This document shows positions 17,140 through 27,500 of a stretch of 64,000 nucleotides of DNA, in pieces (position 1 is the first letter of the stretch; each line of letters starts with the position of its first letter). Below the pieces are notes generated by a model, which saw nothing but the letters and a program-made list of their open reading frames with translations, had not been told where the DNA came from and searched no databases. Made by a program: the position numbers and the translations under genes. Location of the stretch: positions 62,001 through 126,000 of IMG/VR virus record IMGVR_UViG_3300036766_002289, one strand, 5' to 3'.

Positions 17140-17358
17140 TTAAGATAGTGCGATAATATCTTTAATTACTTTTTCTAGTAATTTTTCCTTTTTAGCTTCG
17201 TCTACATTGTATAGTAAACCATTGAGTTTAGTGACCCACTGTTCAAGTTGGTTGACGATTAATGCATCATCTTGACTTGTCGTCAAATCCACATTGTTAT
17301 TGGTGAGGGCGGCAATCTCCTCAGTCTTATTCTGTGTGAGCCATTCGTTAAATTTCAT
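17140..17358 (-). CDS. hypothetical protein with MKFNEWL capsid-targeting-like N-terminus
   Basis: N-terminal motif. Confidence 0.6.
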   Translation of the reverse strand: MKFNEWLTQNKTEEIAALTNNNVDLTTSQDDALIVNQLEQWVTKLNGLLYNVDEAKKEKLLEKVIKDIIALS

Positions 17359-17388
17359 ACTTTATTTATATTAACCATATATATTTTA

Positions 17389-17520
17389 ATGAAGAATTAT
17401 TGGCTAGATCGAAGAAAAGAGAAAAAAGAAAGTAAAAGCTGGAATGTAGCCGATTTTAATCGGATTCTTTTGAATAAAATGAGGCAAGCTCAATTGAACA
17501 AAATAAGAAAAAAACCTTAG
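17389..17520 (+). CDS. small basic protein, MKNYWLD N-terminus
   Basis: ATG after TATATA motif. Confidence 0.5.
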   Translation: MKNYWLDRRKEKKESKSWNVADFNRILLNKMRQAQLNKIRKKP

Positions 17521-17939
17521 ATGAATATAATTGCGGCTGCAATAGTATTAAAGTAAAGAGTGCCTTTTAGACCAATAGCCGTGTTGTTTTCATGCATATT
17601 TTCCTGAACATCTATATTATGATACATGATTTCTAGGAATATTTTCTTCTGCCAGAGTGGTTCTCTTGCTGTAGCCATTAGTTTTTGCAACATTCCGTTA
17701 ATATGTTCTTTGTTCTTAGCGACGGCAGAACCTTTAGCCTCAAGGTTCATTTGCAGTCCTTGCGTAGCTCTTTCTTCAGTAATTAAATCGAATTTTAAGT
17801 CATTAATGCCGAATCCATTGATTTTTGGGATTTGACTCAATGATTGGTTAATAACAATCTGAATTTCTCTCATGGCTTCTTTGCCTTCTGGAGAGATGTT
17901 TTCTACCAACCTATTCTCGATGTATTGCTGAAAGTCCAT
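17517..17939 (-). CDS. hypothetical protein with MDFQQYI capsid-targeting-like N-terminus
   Basis: N-terminal motif. Confidence 0.6.
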   Translation of the reverse strand: MDFQQYIENRLVENISPEGKEAMREIQIVINQSLSQIPKINGFGINDLKFDLITEERATQGLQMNLEAKGSAVAKNKEHINGMLQKLMATAREPLWQKKIFLEIMYHNIDVQENMHENNTAIGLKGTLYFNTIAAAIIFI

Positions 17940-17954
17940 ATTAGTTATATACTA

Positions 17955-17983
17955 TTGACGCAGTGCATTTTTTTTGCTACTAT
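17955..17983 (+). promoter_or_regulatory. sigma70 promoter of purC, probably leaderless
   Basis: TTGACG-17 nt-TACTAT, with the ATG at 17990 about 7 nt downstream. Confidence 0.65.
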
Positions 17984-17989
17984 TGGGGA

Positions 17990-18880
17990 ATGAGCAATAT
18001 CTATGAAACAAATGTACCTAATTTTGTTTGCAAACGGGGCAAGGTACGGGACACTTATGCCTATGGTGATACGATGTTAATCATCGTAACTACCGATAGA
18101 ATAAGTGCTTTTGATTGGGTATTTCCAAATACCACAATTCGAGATAAAGGAAAAATTCTTCAAGGTATATCATCTTATTGGGCTGATGCTTTGAATTTAA
18201 GGTATCATGAGATCAATACTGACTTGAACCATCTGCCAGAAGATTTTAGAAAACCAGAATTTGAAGGCAGGGCAATGTTGGTGGAAAAAGCGGATGTTAT
18301 CCCTTTTGAATGCGTGGTTCGTGGATACTTAGCTGGTTCAGCATGGAAAGAATACAAGCAAACAGGTGAAGTTTGCGGTATTAAGTTGCCAAGCGGTCTT
18401 AAAGAAAATCAACATCTTATAAAGCCACTTTTTACACCCGCTACTAAAGCAGAATCAGGGCACGATCAAAATGTAACTTTTGACTATATGGCAGGTAAGA
18501 TTGGTCTTGACTTAGCCGCCGAACTAGAATCTTTGAGTTTGGATATTTATTCAGAAGCATCCCAGATAGCCTGGAATCGTGGTATCATAATAGCCGATAC
18601 TAAGTTCGAATTTGGTGTATTGCCACATTCTAGCAATGTATTGATACTGATAGACGAAGTTTTAACACCCGATAGCTCTCGTTTCTGGCCATTAGAAGAT
18701 TATAAATTAGATGGGCCTATTAACTCATTCGATAAACAATTTGTGCGTGATTTCATAGAGCAATCAGGGTGGGATAAGAATAGTCCCCCACCAGCATTAC
18801 CAGAAGACGTTATAATGAAGACTAGGGACAAATACTTAGAAGCTTATGAAAAAATAACGGGGCACAGTTTATGCAAATAA
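17990..18880 (+). CDS. purC: SAICAR synthetase
   Basis: RGKVRDTY..TDRISAFD..ECVVRGYLAGS..FTPATKA..IADTKFEFG..DEVLTPDSSRFW..SFDKQFVRD. Confidence 0.97.
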   Translation: MSNIYETNVPNFVCKRGKVRDTYAYGDTMLIIVTTDRISAFDWVFPNTTIRDKGKILQGISSYWADALNLRYHEINTDLNHLPEDFRKPEFEGRAMLVEKADVIPFECVVRGYLAGSAWKEYKQTGEVCGIKLPSGLKENQHLIKPLFTPATKAESGHDQNVTFDYMAGKIGLDLAAELESLSLDIYSEASQIAWNRGIIIADTKFEFGVLPHSSNVLILIDEVLTPDSSRFWPLEDYKLDGPINSFDKQFVRDFIEQSGWDKNSPPPALPEDVIMKTRDKYLEAYEKITGHSLCK

Positions 18881-19119
18881 AAGAATTAGTCCAGAAAATG
18901 GAAATCACTGATATCCTCTGTGATATTTGTGATAAAAGTTGTTACCATGAAAATGGATATACCCCAGAATATGTGTGCATAGATCAGAGTTGGGGTTATT
19001 CTTCTAATAAAGATGGCACTAGAACACAATGCGATATTTGTGAAAGCTGTTTTGATAAAGTTAAAGACTTTATAGTGAATACTTTAAAAGGAAAGGTAAG
19101 AGAAGATGTTCATATGTAA
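18871..19119 (+). CDS. Zn-finger hypothetical protein
   Basis: CDIC..WGYSS.KDG..DICESC. Confidence 0.65.
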   Translation: MQIKELVQKMEITDILCDICDKSCYHENGYTPEYVCIDQSWGYSSNKDGTRTQCDICESCFDKVKDFIVNTLKGKVREDVHM

Positions 19120-19384
19120 TTTTTGTAAGAAATCGGTTCCATGTAGGACACCTTGTAAGAAAGTAGTTATTCAGACTGTGATGTATCATCATCCACATCG
19201 ACCAAAGGTGCATCGTAAATGGATATTGGACAAGCAAGGTAAGCCCAGACTTGATTGGTTAGATGATAAGGGCGGAATTGGTCCGCAAATCGCTGTTGAA
19301 GTCCCAGCATGTCCAACCTGTGGCTTGGAACAAGAACTTAAGAGAGAAAAAAGAGAAACTGAACAATTGAGGCTTATAGGATGA
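19106..19384 (+). CDS. Zn-finger hypothetical protein
   Basis: CNFC..CPTC. Confidence 0.6.
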   Translation: MFICNFCKKSVPCRTPCKKVVIQTVMYHHPHRPKVHRKWILDKQGKPRLDWLDDKGGIGPQIAVEVPACPTCGLEQELKREKRETEQLRLIG

Positions 19385-19523
19385 AAAGTGCTAGAGAAAT
19401 CGCTGAACATATAGCCTATGTGTTTAATGATTACACTGATTATGACGCAGAATCAGCAGAGGAGTTTGTTGTAGAAGTCACTTCCATTATAGAAGATTAT
19501 GTTAAAGACATAAAGGGTGAAAA

Positions 19524-19781
19524 ATGCAAAAAGAAGCAAAAGGAATAGAAGGTTTTCTTTTAATTTACCCAGATTTTTCGACTGCCGAACCCACTGGTGA
19601 AAAAAATAGGTTTGGCCAAGAAAGAGTTAAGTGCAAGGATACAATTGTAGTATTTCGTGTATACGAAAAACCTGGCACGGGCTTTAAAGATTATGATATT
19701 CGTCACCCTGATTTGAAGATTAAGTTGTTAGATGGGGTTTTATACGAAACTGAAGAAGGAAATTACATTGATTATGAGTGA
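19524..19781 (+). CDS. hypothetical protein
   Basis: ORF. Confidence 0.6.
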   Translation: MQKEAKGIEGFLLIYPDFSTAEPTGEKNRFGQERVKCKDTIVVFRVYEKPGTGFKDYDIRHPDLKIKLLDGVLYETEEGNYIDYE

Positions 19782-20109
19782 TAATCCTAATAAACTAAAA
19801 GCGATTCTTTTAGAGGCCGCCGACACCGAGACACAAAAGCAATTTGCTAAGATGCTTGCGGAGCAATGTGCAGTTGCCGACCGTGAAGCTAAGGATCATT
19901 ATGATTGGTTCTTCATTCCTTCCCCAACAGAATACGAACGTATGAAGAAGTATAATCAGGCTCCAGATTATGATAAATGCCCTAAATGCGGTAAAGGTCG
20001 TATTATTATAGAGAAACGAACTTGGCCTTTAGGAGATAGTCTTACTCTTAAGTGCAGATGGAGTGGTGGCGGTTGTGATTTCTCAGAACTAATTTCGGAT
20101 GATTTATAA
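19774..20109 (+). CDS. hypothetical protein with topoisomerase-type Zn ribbon
   Basis: CPKCGKG..C..CDF. Confidence 0.6.
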   Translation: MSDNPNKLKAILLEAADTETQKQFAKMLAEQCAVADREAKDHYDWFFIPSPTEYERMKKYNQAPDYDKCPKCGKGRIIIEKRTWPLGDSLTLKCRWSGGGCDFSELISDDL

Positions 20110-20540
20110 TGAAAAGTTGGCAGGAACAGTGTGCTGAAATCATTAGTTTCCTAGAAGACATTTTCAAAGAAACAAAATATCGTATTGTTTTCAGAAAATA
20201 TGAGACTGACCAAAAAGAAGATGAATGGTTATTCTTTGTTGAATCAATACGTGGCGATGGTGGACGCCATGATGGGACTGCGATTACATGGGTGAGTGTT
20301 GGTGGCAAAAACATAGAAGAATTGCCTGGTTTGTTGCTTCTGAAAGCACAACAACGTGTTAATGAATGGCAGCAAGAAGGTCTAAAAGAAGTGGAAAAGA
20401 AAGCTTTAGAATTAGAGAAAGCTAAGAATGAACTAGACAAAAGACTAAACACTAAGATGGATAGTCTTGCAAAGAGAGTGAACAATGGATGTAAAGCAAG
20501 TGATTGTGATTCGCCGCGACCTGAAAATGCGGAGGGGTAA
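20109..20540 (+). CDS. hypothetical protein
   Basis: Coupled ORF. Confidence 0.6.
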   Translation: MKSWQEQCAEIISFLEDIFKETKYRIVFRKYETDQKEDEWLFFVESIRGDGGRHDGTAITWVSVGGKNIEELPGLLLLKAQQRVNEWQQEGLKEVEKKALELEKAKNELDKRLNTKMDSLAKRVNNGCKASDCDSPRPENAEG

Positions 20541-20901
20541 GGAATGTAGCCAAGCTGCACATGCAGCTATGATATGGCTAACTAGTAGAATTAGAACCAA
20601 ACCAAATTGGATCATAAGATTCTTTCTATGGCTTTTTAGACGAACTGCCGCAATACGTTTATCTACGGAAGAACAAGAATGGATTGATGGGTCTTTTACT
20701 AAAATCACTTTACAAGTGGATAGTCAAGATGAGTTGCTGAGATATTACACTATGGCTAAGTCGAAAGGTTTAACAGTAAGTTTGGTTACAGATGCAGGTA
20801 AAACAGAATTTAATGGCGTACCTACTTTCACTGCGATAGCTATTGGACCCCATGAAGCTTCTAGGATAGATGAAGTAACAAGAAGTTTAAAACTTTATTA
20901 A
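20485..20901 (+). CDS. pth2: peptidyl-tRNA hydrolase, Pth2 type
   Basis: KQVIVIRRDLKMRRGK..QAAHA..TDAGKTEF..TAIAIGP..LKLY. Confidence 0.93.
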   Translation: MDVKQVIVIRRDLKMRRGKECSQAAHAAMIWLTSRIRTKPNWIIRFFLWLFRRTAAIRLSTEEQEWIDGSFTKITLQVDSQDELLRYYTMAKSKGLTVSLVTDAGKTEFNGVPTFTAIAIGPHEASRIDEVTRSLKLY

Positions 20902-21010
20902 GGACGAGAATGGACGAAATTATAGATACTGATGTTATAATCGCTATAATTGTAGGCATTGTTGTCGTGTTGTTTCTTCTGATTAGCATCATATTCGACT
21001 TATTTGACTA

Positions 21011-21220
21011 ATGGTTCCTGACGTAGACATAAAATATGATCCAAGATTCTCTTTAGAAGAGAATTGGGTGTGTTGTACTACTGCTATTCAGGAGGCACAG
21101 GAAAGAGGTGTGTTGGTAACACCTTTAACTGTGTTTAATGATGAAGGCAAAATCGTTGGTTGGTACTTACATGGTTGGGAGCCACCTCCCGTTTTTTACA
21201 CGTATCGACCACCCATGTAG
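21011..21220 (+). CDS. hypothetical protein
   Basis: ORF. Confidence 0.5.
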   Translation: MVPDVDIKYDPRFSLEENWVCCTTAIQEAQERGVLVTPLTVFNDEGKIVGWYLHGWEPPPVFYTYRPPM

Positions 21221-21304
21221 TGTAGCAGTCTTCTGTGCAAAAAGTCCTATCTACTTCTGGTATTAGTTTTGGCATTTTCATTTCTTTTTGACACCCAAAA
21301 CATA

Positions 21305-21550
21305 TTAACTTGGTGGTCTCGGACATATAAATCCTTTCACTTTCATAGTTTTGTGTTGTATTACAGGGAAGTTGTTAGGTGGCCCACAAGTCACTTGAGC
21401 GATAATTGCTGGTTGTGGGAATTCCATAGCTACCACTTCAAAACATGCTCTAGCAGTATTGGGTTTACTGCAATCACATGGATTAGGTACTACCTGCCGT
21501 TCATTTCCACCAATTGGTAGATGACCGATTGAGCCGCCGCCGATTTTCAT
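21305..21550 (-). CDS. hypothetical, possibly structural protein
   Basis: ORF; TAAATA upstream on the minus strand. Confidence 0.5.
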   Translation of the reverse strand: MKIGGGSIGHLPIGGNERQVVPNPCDCSKPNTARACFEVVAMEFPQPAIIAQVTCGPPNNFPVIQHKTMKVKGFICPRPPS

Positions 21551-21584
21551 CTGTTTTATTTATCCAGTATGCTTAAATAATGGT

Positions 21585-24500
21585 GTGCAAGAGGTATTAT
21601 ATGACCGCATCGAAGTAACTTCCACGACCACGGGGTTAGGTGCGTTTGTTCTGCTGGGCGCGACCCCTGGCAATAGGCCATTCTCCATAGTTCCAGATGG
21701 AGATTCTATACCTTATTGTATAACCAATAATATCGACTATGAAATGGGTCTTGGAACCGTCTCAGCAGGCGGCTCGATCCTTAGTAGAGACAAAGTTCTA
21801 TCTAGCACCGCTGGTGGCGCGTTCATTAATTGGCCAGCAGGAACAAAAGAAGTATTCCTAACAGCTACTTCAGACTTATTAACGCAAATAAATGTAGAAT
21901 CTACACTAATCACCAGAGAAATGATTTCTGGTGGTCGTGCTGTTAATGTCAATACATCAGGATTAGCACAAATTGCTATGGCTGGCGATCCTACAAGAAT
22001 GCCAGCCATTGGTGTAATGATAGACAACACCCTTTCTGGGCAACCAGCCAGAATTTATACCCGTTCACATCTATATTCAGATAAATTTAGTTATTCTGGC
22101 TATATTGGTTCTGAACTTTGGGTAGGAACTTCTGGTGATATAGTAACATCTGGTGGGATATCAGGCAATGTCCAGCAAATATTAGGCGTTGTAATCGCTC
22201 AATCTGGAATTTATTTGTCTCCTTCATTCCAAGTTCCTGGTACAACATTTAGTTTAACCTCTGGCATCATTACATCTGGGTTTATAGGCGATAATGCTGT
22301 CAATAGCGGCAACATTTCTAGTGGGCAAGTTGGCCAGTTTCACCTTGCTTCAGGTGCGGTTAATTCAGGGCATATTAGTAGCGGTGCAGTACAAGGTTTC
22401 TTTGGTAGCACAAGACACATAGCTTCAGGCACACTTGGCGTGTTTGATTTCGGCTCTGGCGCAGTAATAGCTGGTGCTGTTGGCTCAGGCGCAATTGTAT
22501 CAGGAAATATAGCGTCAGGTCAAGTTGGCCAATTCCATATATCCTCTGGTGCCGTAACAAGTGGTAGATTAGGCGTTACTGGAACCCCAGACGGTACTAA
22601 GTTCTTAAGAGACGACTTCACATGGGCCACTCCAACTGTTGTAAGCGGTGCAATTCAATCAGGCATGATTGCTTCAGGTGCAGTCCAAGGCTTTTTTGGA
22701 AGTACAAGGAATATTGCTTCAGGAACAGTAGGTGTATTTGATTTTGGTAGTGGTGCAGTTATAGCAGGAACAGTTGGCAGTGGTGCAATTGTAAGTGGAA
22801 ACATCGCTTCAGGTCAAGTCGGTCAATTCCATCTAGCGAGTGGTGCAGTTAATTCGGGTCACATAGGAAATAATGCTGTTGTAAGTGGTTCCATTGCATC
22901 TGGCCAGGTAAATACATATCACTTCGGTTCTGGAGCAACCGTTACAAGGGCACAATTTGTCGCTCCATTTGTAAGCGGTACCCCTTGGACCGTAACTACA
23001 GAAGAAACCATATCTGGTGTAAGAGCAGTTGCATTTAGCCAAAGTGGTAATCTAGTAATTGCTATGGCAGGTGTTTCTGGTCGTGGCCCTGCAATAGGCA
23101 TTGTAGTTGATAATGTTGCAAGTGGTACTCAAGCTAATGTTTATACTGTTGGGCCGCTACAATTTACTAGCGGCTTAGGTGATTATAGTGGTTATTTGGG
23201 TCAACCATTATACGTTGGACGTTCAGGACAAATTGTAACTGCGAGCGGTAGCTTCAATAGTGGTGGCTTCTTATCTGGTGATACGTTCCAGCAAATAGGT
23301 TATGCTTGGACTAGTGGTGGTGCCTTAATTGGCGTAAATGACCCTGTAATCAGCGGCGGCGTCCCATCATTAACTTCTGGCTTAGTACAATCTGGCAACA
23401 TAGCATCTGGTGCAGTCCAGGGATTCTTTGGCAGCACAAGAAACATAGCTTCTGGTACAGTCGGCGTCTTCGATTTTGGTTCAGGCGCAGTTATAGCTGG
23501 GACAGTTGGCTCAGGTGCAATTGTAAGCGGAAACATCGCAAGCGGTCAAATAGGTCAGTTTCACATTGCAAGTGGTGCAGTTAATTCAGGTCATATAGGT
23601 AACAACGCAGTTGTATCAGGCTCAATTGCTTCTGGGCAGATCGGACAATTCCACATTGCAAGTGGTGCAGTTAATTCTGGCCATATAGCATCAGGTGCCG
23701 TACAAGGTTTTTTTGGTTCAACAAGAAACATAGCAAGTGGTACTATAGGCGTTTTCGATTTCGGGTCTGGTGCTGTTATAGCAGGAACCGTTGGTAGTGG
23801 TGCAATTGTAAGTGGAAATATTGCTTCGGGTCAAGTCGGCCAGTTCCATATTTCTTCTGGTGCTGTAACAAGCGGCAGATTAGGAGTGACAGGAACACCA
23901 GACGGAACTAGATTCTTAAGAGACGATTTTGTTTGGGCTACTCCTACCGCAGCAGGTGTTACTAGCGGTGGCATTCAATCAGGTATGATTGCATCTGGCG
24001 CAGTCCAGGGCTTCTTTGGCTCAACAAGACACATAGCTTCGGGCACAGTAGGTGTATTTGATTTTGGTTCAGGCGCAGTTATAGCTGGGACCGTTGGCAG
24101 TGGCGCAATTGTAAGTGGTAACATAGCAAGTGGTCAAATAGGTCAATTCCATCTTGCAAGCGGGGCTGTTAATTCAGGGCATATTGGCAACAACGCAGTC
24201 GTAAGTGGCTCAGTTGCAAGTGGTCAGTTATCAACATATCATTTCGGTTCTGGTGCAACGGTCACTAGGGCACAGTTTGTTTCGCCGTTCGTTAGCGGTA
24301 CATCTTGGACAGCAATTACGGAAGAAACTATATCTGGTGTTCGTGCAGTTGCATTTAGTCAAAGCGGTAATTTAAGAATCGCAATGGCTAGCGTTTCGGG
24401 CAGAGGACCAGCCATTGGTGTAGTTATAGATAATGTTCTAAGCGGTTTACAGGCTAATGTTTATACTGTTGGTGCAGTCCAATTTACTAGTGGTTTAGGT

Positions 24501-27500
24501 GATTATAGTGGTTACATTGGTCAGCCATTATACGTAGGACGTTCAGGACAAGTTGTTACTGCGAGCGGTAGCTTCAACAGTGGCGGGTTCTTGTCTGGGG
24601 AAATGCTACAACAAATTGGTGTGGCATGGACAAGTGGTGGAGCATTAATTGGTGTGAATGACCCAATTGTTAGTGGTAGCGTTCCAGCATTAACTTCTGG
24701 TCTAGTCCAGTCTGGAAACATAGCATCTGGCGCAGTCCAAGGCTTTTTTGGAAGTACAAGAAATATAGCTTCAGGCACAGTCGGTGTATTTGATTTTGGT
24801 TCAGGCGCAGTTATAGCAGGAACCGTTGGTAGTGGTGCAATTGTAAGTGGTAATATAGCTTCAGGCCAAATTGGTCAATTCCACCTTGCATCTGGCTCAG
24901 TAACAAGTGGTGCAATTGCAAGTGGACAAGTAGGCCAGTTTGCTCATTCTTCTGGTGCAATTAATTCAGGACATGTATCTTCTGGTGCCGTTCAAGGTTT
25001 CTTTGGCTCAACAAGACACATAGCTTCAGGCACAATAGGCGTATTTGATTTCGGCTCAGGCGCAGTTATAGCAGGAACCGTTGGCAGTGGAGCAATTGTA
25101 AGTGGTAATATAGCTTCAGGTCAAGTTGGTAATTTTGCCATATCTTCTGGCGCAGTAACAAGTGGGCGATTAGGCGTCACAGGAACCCCAGATGGAACTA
25201 AGTTTTTAAGGGATGACTTTACTTGGTCCAGCCCAATTATAAGTGGCAGCATTCAATCAGGCATGATTGCTTCAGGTGCAGTGCAAGGCTTCTTTGGAAG
25301 TACGAGAAATATTGCTTCAGGCACTGTAGGCGTGTTTGATTTTGGTTCGGGTGCAGTTATAGCTGGGACCGTTGGCAGTGGCGCAATTGTAAGTGGAAAT
25401 ATTGCTTCAGGCCAAATTGGTCAATTCCACCTTGCAAGTGGTGCAGTTAATTCGGGTCATATAGGTAATAATGCAGTTGTAAGCGGTTCAGTTGCCAGTG
25501 GCCAACTTTCAATATATCATTTCGCATCAGGAGCAACAGTCACAAGGGCACAGTTCGTTGCTCCATTTGTAAGTGGTACATCTTGGACAGTAATTACAGA
25601 AGAAACCATATCTGGTGTAAGAGCAGTTGCATTTAGCCAAAGTGGCACACTTAGAGTTGCAATGGCCAGTATTTCTGGTCGATATCCAGCAATCGGTGTC
25701 GTTGTAGACAACGTTCTAAGTGGTTTACAGGCCAACGTTTACACTGTTGGCCCATTGCAGTTTACTAGTGGTTTAGGCGATTATAGTGGTTATTTGGGTC
25801 AACCACTATATGTTGGTCGTTCAGGACAAGTTGTAACCGCGAGCGGTAGTTTCAATAGCGGTGGATTATTGTCTGGCGATATGACCCAGCAAATAGGTTT
25901 TGCTTGGACAAGCGGTGGCGCACTCATAGAAGTAAATGCACCATTTGTAAGTGGTGGTGTCCCAGCATTAACAAGTGGCTTAGTCCAATCTGGTAACATA
26001 GCATCAGGTGCAGTACAAGGTTTCTTCGGCTCTACTAGGAATATTGCAAGTGGAACCGTAGGCGTCTTCGATTTTGGTTCAGGCGCAGTTATAGCAGGGA
26101 CCGTTGGCAGCGGTGCAATTGTAAGTGGAAACATCGCTTCAGGTCAGATAGGTCAATTCCACTTGGCTTCTGGTTCAGTAACAAGTGGTGCAATAGCAAG
26201 TGGACAAGTAGGCCAGTTTGCTCATTCAAGTGGCAGTGTAACGAGTGGTGCAATAGCTTCAGGTCAAGTTGGTCAATTTGCTCATTCTTCTGGCGCAATT
26301 AATAGTGGTCATGTTTCAAGTGGTGCGGTCCAGGGCTTCTTTGGCTCAACAAGACACATCGCTTCAGGCACAGTAGGCGTATTTGATTTTGGTAGTGGTG
26401 CAGTAATAGCAGGAACCGTTGGTAGCGGTGCAATTGTAAGCGGTAATATAGCAAGTGGTCAAGTAGGACAGTTCCACCTATCATCAGGCAGTGTAACTTC
26501 AGGTGCCATTTCAAGTGGTGTTGTAGGTCAGTTTGCACTTTCAAGTGGCTCAGTAACAAGCGGTGCGATTTCAAGTGGTCAAGTAAATACTTATCATTTC
26601 GGCAGTGGTGCAACTGTCACTAGGGCACAATTCGTCGCTCCATTTGTAAGTGGTACATCTTGGACAGTAATTACAGAAGAAATAATTTCAGGTGTAAGAG
26701 CAGTTGCATTAAGCCAAAGCGGTACTTTAAGGGTCGCTATGGCCAGTATTTCTGGTCGATACCCAGCAATCGGTGTGGTCGTAGACAACGTTCTAAGCGG
26801 TTTACAAGCTAATGTATACACTGTAGGACCGCTCCAGTTTACAAGCGGGTTGGGTGATTATAGTGGTTATTTGGGTCAACCATTATATGTTGGTCGTTCA
26901 GGACAAGTTGTTACTTCAAGCGGCAGCTTCAATAGTGGTGGATTGCTTTCTGGTGATATGACCCAGCAAATAGGTTACGCCTGGACTAGTGGCGGTGCCT
27001 TAATAGAGGTCAATGCACCATTTGTAAGTGGTAGTGTTCCGTCATTAACAAGTGGTTTAGTCCAGAGTGGCAATATTGCTAGTGGTGCCGTACAAGGCTT
27101 CTTCGGAAGTACGAGAAACATAGCTTCAGGCACAGTAGGTGTATTTGATTTTGGTTCTGGTGCAGTTATAGCAGGAACAGTTGGTTCAGGTGCAATTGTA
27201 AGCGGAAATATAGCTTCAGGCCAAATTGGTCAATTCCACCTTGCAAGTGGCAGTGTAACTTCAGGTGCAATAGCAAGTGGACAAGTAGGCCAGTTCGCCC
27301 TTTCAAGTGGTTCAGTAACGAGTGGTGCAATAGCTTCAGGTCAAGTAGGACAATTTGCTCATTCTTCTGGCGCAATTAATAGTGGTCATGTTTCAAGTGG
27401 CGCAGTCCAGGGCTTCTTTGGCTCGACAAGACATATAGCAAGTGGTACTGTAGGCGTGTTTGATTTTGGTTCAGGTGCAGTTATAGCAGGAACAGTTGGC

